From contig CP075495.1 of NCBI GenBank assembly GCA_021613535.1, positions 10,664,001 to 10,728,000 on the forward strand: a stretch of DNA of 64,000 bases. Direction: 5' to 3'. Below, piece by piece: positions 27,101 through 39,727 of this stretch. Both the position numbers and the translations under genes were made by a program. The notes beneath the pieces were generated by a model. That model saw nothing but the letters and a program-made list of their open reading frames with translations. It did not search any database and had not been told where the DNA came from. Source of the DNA: Adineta vaga. Taxonomy: Eukaryota > Animalia > Rotifera. The first letter of the stretch is position 1. Every line of letters starts with the position of its first letter.

Positions 27101-30100
27101 AAGATCAAACGATTGTATTTGATCTAATATTGAGAATGAAATACGTGATGTTGTTTGAATTAATTCCGATTGTTGACTGGAATCTTGAGTCGTACTAAAA
27201 CATAGTAAGAAAAAGTTTGATACTTTTTTTAAAGTAATACTTTTTGACAAGGTTCCTCTGGCTCTGAAAAATAGAAATAAACTTTTACCTATTGAGCTTT
27301 TTCTTTTTCTCAAGAAGTTTCTTCAATTTTTCTCCCAATTTAATTGCTTCTGGTAATTGTTCTAAAATCCAACGATTTATTAATGGTAAGATGAATGAAG
27401 ATTGTTTAATATATGTATGAATTTGTTTTGATGATGAATCGATTAATTGATTCACATGTTGACATAGATAATTGATATTTTCATGTGAAATAACGGATAT
27501 TTTTAACATTTTCAAACATGTTAACAATGATGCTTGATTAATACATTGTTTAACTAATAAAATATTATTTGATTTAAATATAAAATATTGTAAATCATCC
27601 GAAAGAAATAATGATTGTTCATTTTCATTATTCATTGGTACGAGATAATAGATCGACTTTGTTGATGAAGTAAGAAAAACTTTTTCCGATGAATTCGTAT
27701 GAGATAAACGTCGTTTACGAGAATTTTCCGGTCGATCACTACCTTCAATAGCAAACTGTTTGAAATGTTCAGAATTATCATCCGTCGATGATTTCTAAAA
27801 CAATGAAAAGAAACAATAAAATTCCAATATAAAAAATAAATCTCAAACCTCTTCTTGGTTTTGTTTAATAGGTAAAGGTCGATTGATTTGTTTGATCGTT
27901 GAAAAACATGGTGTCGAATTTGTATTAAGGAAAAATTCTTGCAATAAATTAGCTAAATCATGTAAATTTTTCGTTTTTTGATTATTAAAATCAAAGTAAG
28001 CTAAGAAAATTAATAATAATTCAATTAATTTTGAATCAATTTCAATATATTGTTTTTCTTTCTTAGCTATCCATGTAAACTCATCTTTAAGATTTAATAT
28101 TGTTTGAAATTGTTTAAATATATGAATTTGTTCATCATTTAAACTTGATAAAACTAAATATGTTTGCATATTTGTTGATGATTGTTCATTTGAAATTTCA
28201 TTAGTTTGAATGTCAATTGGATTTTGAAGAGCATATTGAACTTTGTTGATTAATAGATGAATTATTAGATGAAAAAATTTTTCAATTAATTTCAACTGTT
28301 TTTCATCTTTATCAAATTGAATAAGTAAATAAAGTATTGAATGTCGACGATTTAATGCTCGTGCTAAATTTGCTAATAGTAAAAGATCACTAGTAGAATT
28401 CAGTTGACAATGATCAATAATAAAGATAATTGAATAATGTAAAAAGTAGATGTTCGTTTCGAAATGACATGTTTCCGATAAAGTTTGTTTAATTAATGAT
28501 TGAATTTGTTCCAAAGATTTAAATTGAGATATTTTCGTTAGAATTAATTCAAGATTTGGTTCAGGTATTGGATCTGATTTGGATAGAAGATTTTCAATAT
28601 TTGGCATTTGAGAATGATCATTTAATATGATATATAAACAAAGCCAAGCATTGGAACGCATGGTGGAAATATTGGAATTGAGGCAATTAAGAAAATAATT
28701 GAATATACATGTCATATCATCGACGGGAGATGAGTTGTAAGAAGTTTTCTGAAAAAAAAGAAAAAGAACTTATATCGAAGATTTACATTTTCATATATCT
28801 TACCTGTTTATTTGTTTGAATTTGTTGTTTAACTGTATGTATGATTGATTTAAATCGAATAAGAATTGTATCTAATGCATTTAAAGTTTTTTTCGATGGT
28901 AAATTTCGAATATTTTTATTCTTATAAATCATAATCATATGTTGAAAATAATCACATAGACAAATGATTGGAAAGACATTTAAACAATCAATATTTGAAT
29001 CAATTAAACTTGTTAACCATGATGTTTGACAATCTAATAAACCTTTTCCTTGTTGTTCTTTTCGATCTAAGATATCCAAAATAAAATCCGGTGAACGACA
29101 ACGACATAACATTGATGATAATTTATATTGATTATTCATAGCTTGAATTAGATTATAAAATGTCTTCTCATTCTTATCTTGACTTGTTGGTCGTTTGATT
29201 TGTTGTAAATCTAAGGTAATAATCTTTCCTAACAATTGACTATTGCTTTCATCGATAAGTATTGGTACGGCTAAATGTTTTTCTAATTCTAAAATTAAAT
29301 CTTTTTCCTCGCGTAATTGTACACGTTCGTGATGATAGAATTTTTCTAAGAAATTTTTTGTTTCAATCATAGATTTAGGTGGATAGGTATAATCACCAGT
29401 TAATAGCATTTCCATAAAGAAACGTATCTGTGGAACGGATAACCATATGAAACGACCGAATGTTTGTGGATCATGTGATGCTAATAGTAAACAAATTAAA
29501 CATGTTTTCCAGAACATTTCTGTAATTGATAAATTTTTTGGTATTTGATATGTTGGAGGAACTTGAAATTGCATGGGAATATGATAACGTGTTAAATCAA
29601 AGAATTTCTTAAGGAAATTTTCACATTGATTTTCAGGTAAATGAAGATAGATTGATTGATATTCGTTCGGTAGTTTTTGTTCAACATGTAATGTACGTCG
29701 AATAATCAGATCTGTTAATTCAATGATTGATGATTGATTTTTACGAAATTGTGATGTTAAACCAATTTGAATTAATAAATATAATGTTTCACCAAGTAAC
29801 GGGACATCTGATGATAAACGAAATAATTCCGTACGAAAACCATTTGGTTCTTCTGGTGGCCAATTTTCAAAACGTAAATATAAATTAGCTTGATTAGTAA
29901 ATAGAATACTATATAAACAAGTAACATAATTCGTTGGTTGAATTGTTGATGTCGAATCGAATAAACGTGGTAATGTAAATAGAAAAAATAAACATGAACT
30001 ACATTGTATGAATGAAATACGTTGAATAAATAATAACCATTGTTCATGATTTATTGTTGATAATGAACGTGTTGAAATAACATTGGAATTCACAGGATTA

Positions 30101-32407
30101 TTTTGAGAATTAAAAGCTTGAGCTGATGCAAGTATAATCATTGGTATAAGATCGCATATAGCATAAAGAAAACGTTCGCGAGTTGACATATCACAATCAA
30201 GTAAACGTTTCAATAAACGATGAGATGTTATATCATTCCGTGGAGGATCCTAAATGAAAAAGATTGTTTTCTTTGTGTATGATTTAAGTAAAAGAAGATT
30301 ACTTGTTGTTGAACCATTATCCAAAATTGTTGTTGTAAATTTGTTGAATAATGCATATCAATTAAGTACATACAAAATTTCATGGAATCAAAATCATTTT
30401 TCGCATAACGCATCAATTCGCGTAAGAATGGTCGAATTAATTTCAACAAATTTTCATAATCTTTTGATGTTGTTGTAACATTGGTTAATAGAAGAATATT
30501 TTGTATAGTATAAGCTAACGATTGACATGTATGTTCAGGTTGAGATTGACAACAAGCATGAAGTAATGGTAGATTATTTGGATTTTTACTTGTGATGATT
30601 GTTGTTGATGGTGATGAAACTTGTTGTAATTCATTATGAATTATAAAACGAACAATAATATCAACAAGATTAGCATCATTTTTTAACATCTCACGGATAC
30701 ATAAGATATGCATTTTACTCGTCACACCTGATGCACGTACTTTAAAACGTAAGTTAACTAAATGTTCAATAGCACGTTCGTCAATATAGGATGTATCATT
30801 ATGATTTACATGACCATTTGTTAATAGATTACTATTAATTGATGAAGGTTTTGTTAGATTTTCACATAAAGTCATCATTAATCGTTCAGCAGTACGATTT
30901 AATTTAGGATTTTGTAACCAAACATCCAATCGAGATAAGATATATATACGAATTTCTGATAAACCACATAGATGTTCAAGTAAATAGAGTAGTTTATCTG
31001 TTTCATGCGGTTGACTGGCACTTGTTGATGCTGCTGTTGATGTATTCGGAGGAATTAAAGTTGTAGAATTACCACTCGTTGCTTTGATTTTTGCATTATT
31101 TGTTAATAAATTTTGTAGAAGTATTTGGATTGATTGCGATCGTCCTTCATAACGTGGAATAATCGAATGATTATCGGTATTATTTGTATTATTATTGGTG
31201 TTATTATTGATGACCATTGAATCTTCCATTGTATGTAAAGATGATTCTGATTCCGCTGCATTCAATGATAATGATTCATTATTTGCGTTACTATCATTAC
31301 TTGTTTCATCATTTAATGTTGAAGATATTGGTACATTAGTATTTGGTGTTGATGTTGTAGAAGAAAAAGGAGTTGATGGAAAGATTTTGGATCGATCTAA
31401 TTTCCATGTGCATGGACGTGTATGAAAAGCTGTTTGAATATTAGATACAAATAATTGACAATCAGCATTTTTTATCCAATTTTGATCACCTAATGCATCT
31501 TCAACATATGCTTCAATGAATTCATCTGGCCAATTCGTTTGATCCTAAAATAATGAAATATTTTGTGTTTTTTTTAATGTACGAAGTATACAAATAAATA
31601 TGATTTCTATTCTGTTGCTATGTCATCGCACTAGCATATACAAAATGTAGAATAATTTGTCTTTCATATATACAATGAATCATGAATGAATTATCAGAAA
31701 ATACATTTTCTTACCTTGTACGCTAACCAAAGTATTTGACAAATCAGTGTATAAGGTGTTGTTGTTGTTGTTAGACCTAAACTATTTCCATTGTTAAGTG
31801 TTGGAAATGTTTTCATGGTTTTCGTTAATAAAGATCCTTTCAATAGATTACACATAGCTTTTAAAATAGATGAAAATCGAAAAATTTCTCCGTGTAATGA
31901 TGCTGTCCATGCTAGAAATGTTAGGACAGTATAATCAGCAAGTTGTTGTTGTGTGGAACGTTTTGATGTTGTTAGAAAATAATTGATTGCATTAAGCACC
32001 AATTGTTCTAAACGTTTTTCATCATGACCATTCGCTTTTATTTCGGAACGAAATTGTTCAGCATCGAATGTTAATATTGGTGTTGGTGTATCAAATATAA
32101 CAACATCAACAATTGAACCGGAATCTGTTTCAAGACTATTATTACTATTAATGTTGATAATATTATTGGTGTTGTTGTTGTTGTTGTTAATTGTAATAGG
32201 ATTTGTTAGATTTCGACGTTGACGAGCAATACCAGAATTTTGAACAACTGTTGTTGCAATTGTTGTTGCAGATATTGGAGTGAGAACGGTGGGAGTTGAA
32301 GTTGATGAAAGTCCAGATGGAGTACGTCCTAATGGTGTTAATACTTGATCGACAACAGGCGTTATTTGTCGTAAACGTGTTCGATTAGATCCTTCACGGC
32401 CAGTCAT
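24186..32407 (-). CDS. INTS1: Integrator complex subunit 1 (large exons, ~2500 aa)
   Basis: WPDEFIEAYVEDALGDQNW...FVSNIQTAFHT, RLDVWLQNPKLNRTAERLMMTLCEN, NWPPE, MFWKTCLICLLLASHDP.TFG, LCRCRSPDFILDI, SKHPFLFLRHL and LWSGRE are all INTS1-like, in the expected order across the ORF-track segments. Confidence 0.9.
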
Positions 32408-33047
32408 TATTTAAGGGATAGAAATGGAGAGGGACAGCACGAGAGAGAGAGAAATACGAATAGTTTTATTTATAAATTATTCTAAAATGATTGTCATTGA
32501 TGTATTTATTCATGTTTATCAATAGATTTCTATCTGAAAATATATACTAATACGTTTGAATAATACAATTGTTTTAAAAAGAAAAACAAAAGTGAAAAAT
32601 TTAAACAATTACGCCATGTCAATTTTCTTTTCATTGCTTAATTTGATACGCTACTAGAAATCAACTGGAAGGAAAAGAAAATCAAGTTGCTTGTAAATAT
32701 ATTCATAGATGTCGCTAATTACCGGTCAGAATAAATAGAAGAAAAATTGGAGAATATATATTGCGATGAAGAAAATCAATTTCCTATAATAAATTTCATT
32801 GCTAATTCTACAAATTTGACTTGATATTGCATCGGTAAAGCTAAATCACTTTTTAATCGAACTATTCATAAGTAAAGTTTCTTTTCTTAACTTCCATAAT
32901 GAGACGTTACCATTGAATTGAAGCAAAATTTGATTCTGATCTGATATTTATGTTCATTTTATTCATGTTCGACAACAGTACAAAAGAAAAAGAACATAAC
33001 ACAACATAACAAGAACTGTTAGAGTTTGCCGTATGAAAAAATTCGAT

Positions 33048-34524
33048 CTAGACATTTGATAGATTTTTTGCATTGAGAAGTGCTTGCCTCAGTCCATCAA
33101 ATGACATTAAACGAGATTCCAATGCCAATCGTAAAGTCTAAAATGTAAAAGTCATATGAACAAAATTTCACAGATAAGTTGACTTACATATCCAGCAGCT
33201 GATGTATCATGTATCAATGTACGAGGATGAATATGATTATACTTTCCTTCTTTAAATAGAAATTTTGAAAATCGATCTTGAGTATGCCAACAATGTATAT
33301 GTAAACGATTGTTTTTCTCGATATCATATGGATCTGTTTTTGTTGAAAATTGATCCAATAAATTGTACGCTAATCCTATATTGATATTTTCTTTTAAGAC
33401 TAAATGATTAATTGCCATATCACAACTATATAATAGAAGTACACCATAATGCCATTCAGGCCAAAGCTAAATATTTCGAATATATCAATATTTCTATTCT
33501 GATAGAATAGAAAAAGCAAGACACTTACTGCAGTACCGAATTTACCTTCTCTTTCTGGTTTGGTAAATTCATTCATTGCTAAATGTAACATAGCTTCCAA
33601 ACTATAATTCGCAATTCGTTGAGCTACACGTGGTGGTCCATACCTGATAAGAAACAAAAAAGCTCATCGTTTATTATTAATTGAATGTTTAAGTTGAGAA
33701 TTTTACCAAGTTGATCCAATATTAGTTATATTTGCATATAACCAATCTATATTCTTTGCAATGCGTCTTAAACGATTGGCAGTAAATACTGATGAATAAC
33801 CACCTTGACCAACAAGTATTGTATCATTATAAGGAACGAAATGACCGAAATTTTTCGTAAGAAAAACATCTAAATCTGTACGTAAGATATAATCATACAT
33901 TGCAAATGATGGATAACATTCAGCAATAATATTAATCGAGTCTAAATAAACATATGTTCGAAGATTTTGTATTAATAATATTGAACGATTTCGATCGATT
34001 TGTTGATATGAATGAGTATTAGCATTTTTATAAACATCATTTATGCTACGTAAATGCACACGTTGATAAAGAAAAACTCGACATTGTGGTGGTTCATTTT
34101 TATCCATTCGAATACGATTGTATACACAGCCGAGTTGTTGAAGTGCACTCGTATAAACTCCTGTATAAACGATAAGATCTGTTCGCCATGATAATGGCTC
34201 ATCTTTCATCATTTCTAACCATGAACGATAAAACCATAATAATTCAGGTAGAAAAAAGACTTCTTGATCATGAGGATAAAAAACCAAAAGACCTCGTAAT
34301 AGAGCTAATGATACTGGTTGATGAATACGTGCGTTCAAGTCATTTCGTCGTTTAGAATTTTGTTCTGTCACAGGAGATAATGCTGATATATCGACAAAAT
34401 TCAAGGAAACTTGTTGTTGTTGTTCTTGTCGAAGAAGAATAATTACAATGAGAATGAATGATAAAATAATTATTACAGGTAGAACACGACGTTTCGGGAA
34501 TGCTGTTATAATGGATAATGTCAT
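33048..34524 (-). CDS. Uncharacterised type II membrane DxD-motif glycosyltransferase-like protein, tandem paralog 1 (4 coding exons)
   Basis: N-terminal signal-anchor; WRTDL, YLDSINI, YDYILRTDLDVFLT, VGQGGY, NIGSTWYGP, WPEWHYGVL, HIHCWH and LRLALESR. Confidence 0.8.
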
Positions 34525-35254
34525 TCGATCGATGACTACCTATGGAGATATATAATATCAATGTCTAAGAAGAAATAAGTTGTACTTTGCATTATACATC
34601 GTTTAGTTGCCGTAATAGCACATCGACATCTGTGACACAACACAGATACAAGAATATAAAAGATTTGATATATCATATATGTAATGCGTGAATAGCAGAC
34701 GAAAGAAATATTTGTTCTTCTAACAGAATACTCGACGTGAAACTTGTTCTTGAAACATTATGGCATTTACCAAAAGACCGTGTATTCTAATAATAGCTCA
34801 AAAACGACATTTCAGTTATTGACGAACATATTTGTTTTAATTCCTTTATGTGATCTAACGTAATTTGCTGGAAAAATACTAATACATATCTGTGTAGTTA
34901 ACTATCGGAACAGATAAGCCGATAAATGATACCAACTACGATTGCTTTAGAATCCTCAACGAATCTTTTTAATCGTCGGTCTATTTATTCTACCATCAAA
35001 TCGTACAAGAGATATACTCAAACTATAGTTAATCAATCACTATTCTTGTTTCTTTACTCATTATAGAAGAGAATAATCGATGATCATAAATTGAATTTCA
35101 TCGACGATTTTTTACTGTTCGATAGCGATCACATTTTATTCTTGACAAAGTTACCCTATTGTAGAAAAAAAACTAAAATTCCGACAGAAAATATATCGAA
35201 TAACATTGCTCACGCAAAAATAACAACATATATTTAAAATATACATCTAAAACT

Positions 35255-36752
35255 TCAGTTTATTTTTGTTTTATTATTGCCAATATCATGTAAACGTTGA
35301 CCAAGTTCATTAAGTGTCATCAATCGTGATTCTAATGCCATTCGCAATGCCTATATAAAGAAGTCAAATATCAATTATTCTAGTCGATTGTAATTCATTT
35401 CATCTTACATAAGCTTGTGCTGAAGTATCATTGTAAAGTGTACGTGGATGAATTTGATTGTATGAACCTGCTTTAAATTGAAATTTTGAAAATGGACTCT
35501 CCGTATGCCAACAATGTAAATGTAAACGATTATTTTTTGCTAAATCGTATGGATCTTTATTTGTCGTAGATTGATCTAATAATTGATCCGCTTTTTTAAT
35601 ATTAAATTTATCCGAAATAATTAAATGATTAACAGCTAAATGTGTACCATACATGCTTAGTACACCATAATGCCAATCAGGCCATAGTAACGTTCCTACT
35701 TTCTGCTCATGTTCAGCATTCGTAAATTCATTAATATACAAATGAAGCATTGCGTCTAATGTAAAATTTGCTATCCGTTGAGCTACGTATGGTGGACCAT
35801 ACCTAGAAAAAGAAAACAAAGATCATTCTCGAAAATGTCAAACATTTATTTCCTCTTCTCATTATCTTTATAGATGTTTATTGGAACTCTTAATATACAT
35901 GATTTGATATTTACCATGTCGAGCCAATATTAGTTAAATTTTGATAATTCCATTTCATATCACGAGCAATACGTCCTAAACGACGTGTATTGAATTCTGT
36001 GGAATAACCACCGAGACCAACAAGAAATGTATTATTTGTAATTGGTACATATTTAGAAAGTTGTTTTGTAATAAAAACATCAATATCAGTTTTCAGAATA
36101 AAATCATAATATTTAAATGTTGGGTAACCTTCGGCAATTATATTAACAGAATCAATATATCCATATTTTTGCAAGTAACGATATAATTTTGTCGAACGTT
36201 GAATATCGATTTCAAACAGATCTTTTTGACTCGAATCAATATAACGAGTTTGTCCTTTTGTTATCAAGTTGATGGCTCGATTTGATATACGAAGATAAAG
36301 AAATACTCGACATTGTGGTGGTTCAGTGAAATTCATACGTATTTGATTAAGAACACATCCAAGTTGTTGAAATGATGTCGAATATTCTTCAGTATATATA
36401 ATAAAATCTGTTCGCCAATCATTTGATTCATATATCATCATTTCAATCCATGATCGATATAACCATCGTACTTCCGGTAAATAATGTGATTCTTGTTTTG
36501 ATGGATAAAATATTAGAATAGCTCGTTGAATATAAGTAGAATTTTGTATTGATGACTTTGGTTTAAGATAAATATTTGACTAAGATAAAAAGGAACATAT
36601 AACTAATTGAACATGATTTATATTACCTGTTTTATAGTATTAAAATAATTACTAGTGGACTGATATATCACATAAGTGCCAATAATAATGATTAAAATTA
36701 AAAAAATAATAGAAAACCTTCGACTTTTACAACGAAGATTGTAGGACGGCAT
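35255..36752 (-). CDS. Uncharacterised type II membrane DxD-motif glycosyltransferase-like protein, tandem paralog 2 (4 coding exons)
   Basis: Signal-anchor FSIIFLILIIIIGTYVIY; YDFILKTDIDVFIT, VGLGGY, NIGSTWYGP, WPDWHYGVLSMYG, HLHCWH and LRMALESR. Confidence 0.8.
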
Positions 36753-36961
36753 GAATTCATCCGAAACTAGAGAAAACTTGTATTGATATGTGGAAAAAAA
36801 GTACAAAACGACGATTTTTGCTTCAAAGCAATTACATATAAGCTTAAATAAATGCTAGTATTATACTGAGTAAGGCTACGACTGGTTTCGAATTTCTCTG
36901 TTCCGAAATAGGATCTATTTCAAATATACGTCACTCTTTTTTTTTATTCGTCAGAAAAAAG

Positions 36962-36983
36962 ATATATATATATATATATATAT
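36962..36983. repeat. (AT)n microsatellite
   Basis: Perfect AT dinucleotide run. Confidence 0.85.
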
Positions 36984-37529
36984 TAACATCTGTTTTGAAT
37001 GCAGCAATTATAGTAATTCGTACAATAACCAAATAATCGAATCTAATCTAGTTATTTACAATAAAATCATGTTTTAATGACAGAAGAAAACGATGAACAA
37101 TCTGAAGAATAAATATATTCCATGTCAAGGCGTTCATATTTAACTAAACGACACATTTTCTAACAAATGAAGATCATATTCAAAACTTAAGCTATTTTCA
37201 ATATATAAACAACCAAGAACATATACCTTTCACTATTATGAATAAATATTTCGTGATTGAACAAAATAAACTTCAAAAATTAATTTGAAAGCATCTTTTG
37301 TTCGATAGTATCTATACTAATAGAACTGTTTCTCAACAAATTGATTCACAATAGAACTAATTGTAAAAAGTATTTCTAATCATTGTTCTGTTTTTTTTCT
37401 AAAATATTTATATATGTAAATAATGTTTCTCTTCTCTTTTTTAAGTACTCAATTAACCAAATAATCAGCATTTATTTCAATAGAATTATTTTTTTAATCC
37501 TATGAAGCAATAGCTATACTTCACATTGT

Positions 37530-38232
37530 CAGTATCAGAACAAGTACGTAGTTATATACGTCATCATCTTTAGTATCATAAAGAAATGACAAATTTTTGG
37601 AAGACGAATATTTTATATGCAAAATTTATAACAGTAAATCAAGTTTCTGTACAATATCGAACTTAGAAACATAATGAAAATTGTTCAGAAAAACTTACTT
37701 GAAATTTGTCAATCGAACATAAAATACTAACCGAATTTTGTTGATAATGTATAACAAGTAACAAAAACGATAGAGAGAGAGGGAAAGAGTAATGCTTATC
37801 TTTCTTTTACTTTTCGTTGCTGATAAAGAACTCCACGTTGTAAAACACTTTTCATTTTAATTGTATTTATGATCCACTTTCGAGTAGATAATTACTCGTT
37901 AAAATTCTAATGAAAAAAAGATCATGTTAAAAGAAACTTCAATCTTATCAAATATCGTGAAATGTGATCAATAATTTCAGTTGTTCACTGTTATAAACGT
38001 TTATATTATTGATATAACTATGGTATGTAAATCGAAGATCTAATTTAATCATACTATGGATTGTTTGAAGCTTTCTCTTCGTTTAACCAACAATAGAACA
38101 AGATATCAAATGACATCAAGAAACAATGGTTCATTGGTTTTATGGAGGGAAAAAAGATTTCATTAGAAGATATCATTTTACCATTTATTTGCTCCACTGC
38201 TAGTGTATTCATATTACAGTTTTGGAAATACG
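37530..38232 (+). pseudogene. Decayed multi-exon gene relic, identity uncertain
   Basis: Three segments bounded by GT/AG signals (to 37633; 37888-38022; 38097-38232) with coding-like codon usage, but several in-frame stops and a 1-nt slip in an A-run. Confidence 0.35.
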
Positions 38233-39727
38233 GTTAACTCAATAGAAATATATTAGAATGGAGAATTCAGTTCAGATTTCATAAATGAATTTTTATTTTT
38301 CTATTTTTAATCTTCAAATACCAGAAGTATGATTTAGATGTCTAGTGTATAAAACACAGTTATATTATTCTGGTAATTTCATTTTTTTATATAGTCCAAT
38401 ACAGACAAATAACTACTTACTAATTAACTACTGAACAGCAACATGGTTTCTATCGATTAGAATTTCTATTTACGAATGATAAGAACAATAATTAATGATT
38501 AATAAATATATGTTTTTTCAATGAATATCACAAATGCTTGAGTAGATTGATAACGATGCCAATCGCTATTCATATCTTGTCAAAAAAGTGTTTGAATACG
38601 AGTTTTACTGTGAATCAAAATTGCATCGCTCGAAATTGTTTTCATAATACTAAATAAATGTCGTATTCCAAATTATAATTTTGGAAATACATCAGTGTTT
38701 TCTCATTTTAAAATCTTCATACCTATTGAAGTACATCCCATTCGTAATGGTATATTGTTCCATTTTCTTACTTACCATGATTCTCGTCTTTGCTATGATG
38801 TTTTATCTGTGTACCATTATTCATAGTATTTTTCTCTCTTATCAATATTCTAGAGTATTAGCAAACTATAACGAGTACACTTAACAATAAAACTGACACT
38901 CAATCAGAAAAAAATATCATTTAAAAACGAATTCTAATAGTTTACTTCATTTTAAATTCAACTGAATTCCTACATCAACTATGACATAAATGATATTGGA
39001 ATTCAAAAGAATCACTTACCATACAGTAATCATACGAAAGTATATTTACTATTCTAAACAGTAATGAATAAACTAATTGTCATAGATACTATTTTCAAGG
39101 TTATGTCCGAATAGGAGAGAATGAAATATACTAAGAATTCGCTACTTACCAATAAAATATTATGATTTTTTAATAGTAACTAAGACAACATTTTTTTAAA
39201 GGTCAATAAAGATCCAACTAATAGAAGAAGAAAAAACTAAGAATGATAAATAGAATCAGCCACACAATAGCTAATATGAAAATGGCTTTATGTTTGCTGT
39301 CTATTATTTAAACCATATGCAAATGGAAATGAAGTCAACATATAAGCTGTTTGCGTGTATATATAGTAATATTGAGAATTGCGCGAGATGAAAATAATAG
39401 TATTATTATTATGCTGTGATTTATTTCAAAGCTATCGTACAGATTGACTATTATTAAGTATAAAAGTACTTATTCAAGTCATGATGAGATCTATAGTTGT
39501 AGTATAATCATATGATGAGAATTATTTTATGTTTATATACATACAGTTATTATTTTCGTTCTGTTTTTTTTTGGAAATTAATGAAGACAAAAATAACAAT
39601 ATAAATTAACTAAAAACAAATGCTTTAACTTGAGAAAAAAGTTGTTTTGAGTAAAATATGAAATGACATCTTATCCAGAAAATAAAGCATTGTTTCCTAA
39701 TTGTCAGTATTTTTTATATAATCTATC

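Noticed and set aside
24701-31425. Antisense or alternate-frame ORFs within INTS1 (24701, 29772, 30254, 31195)
   Set aside because: Shadow ORFs caused by codon bias of long real exons.
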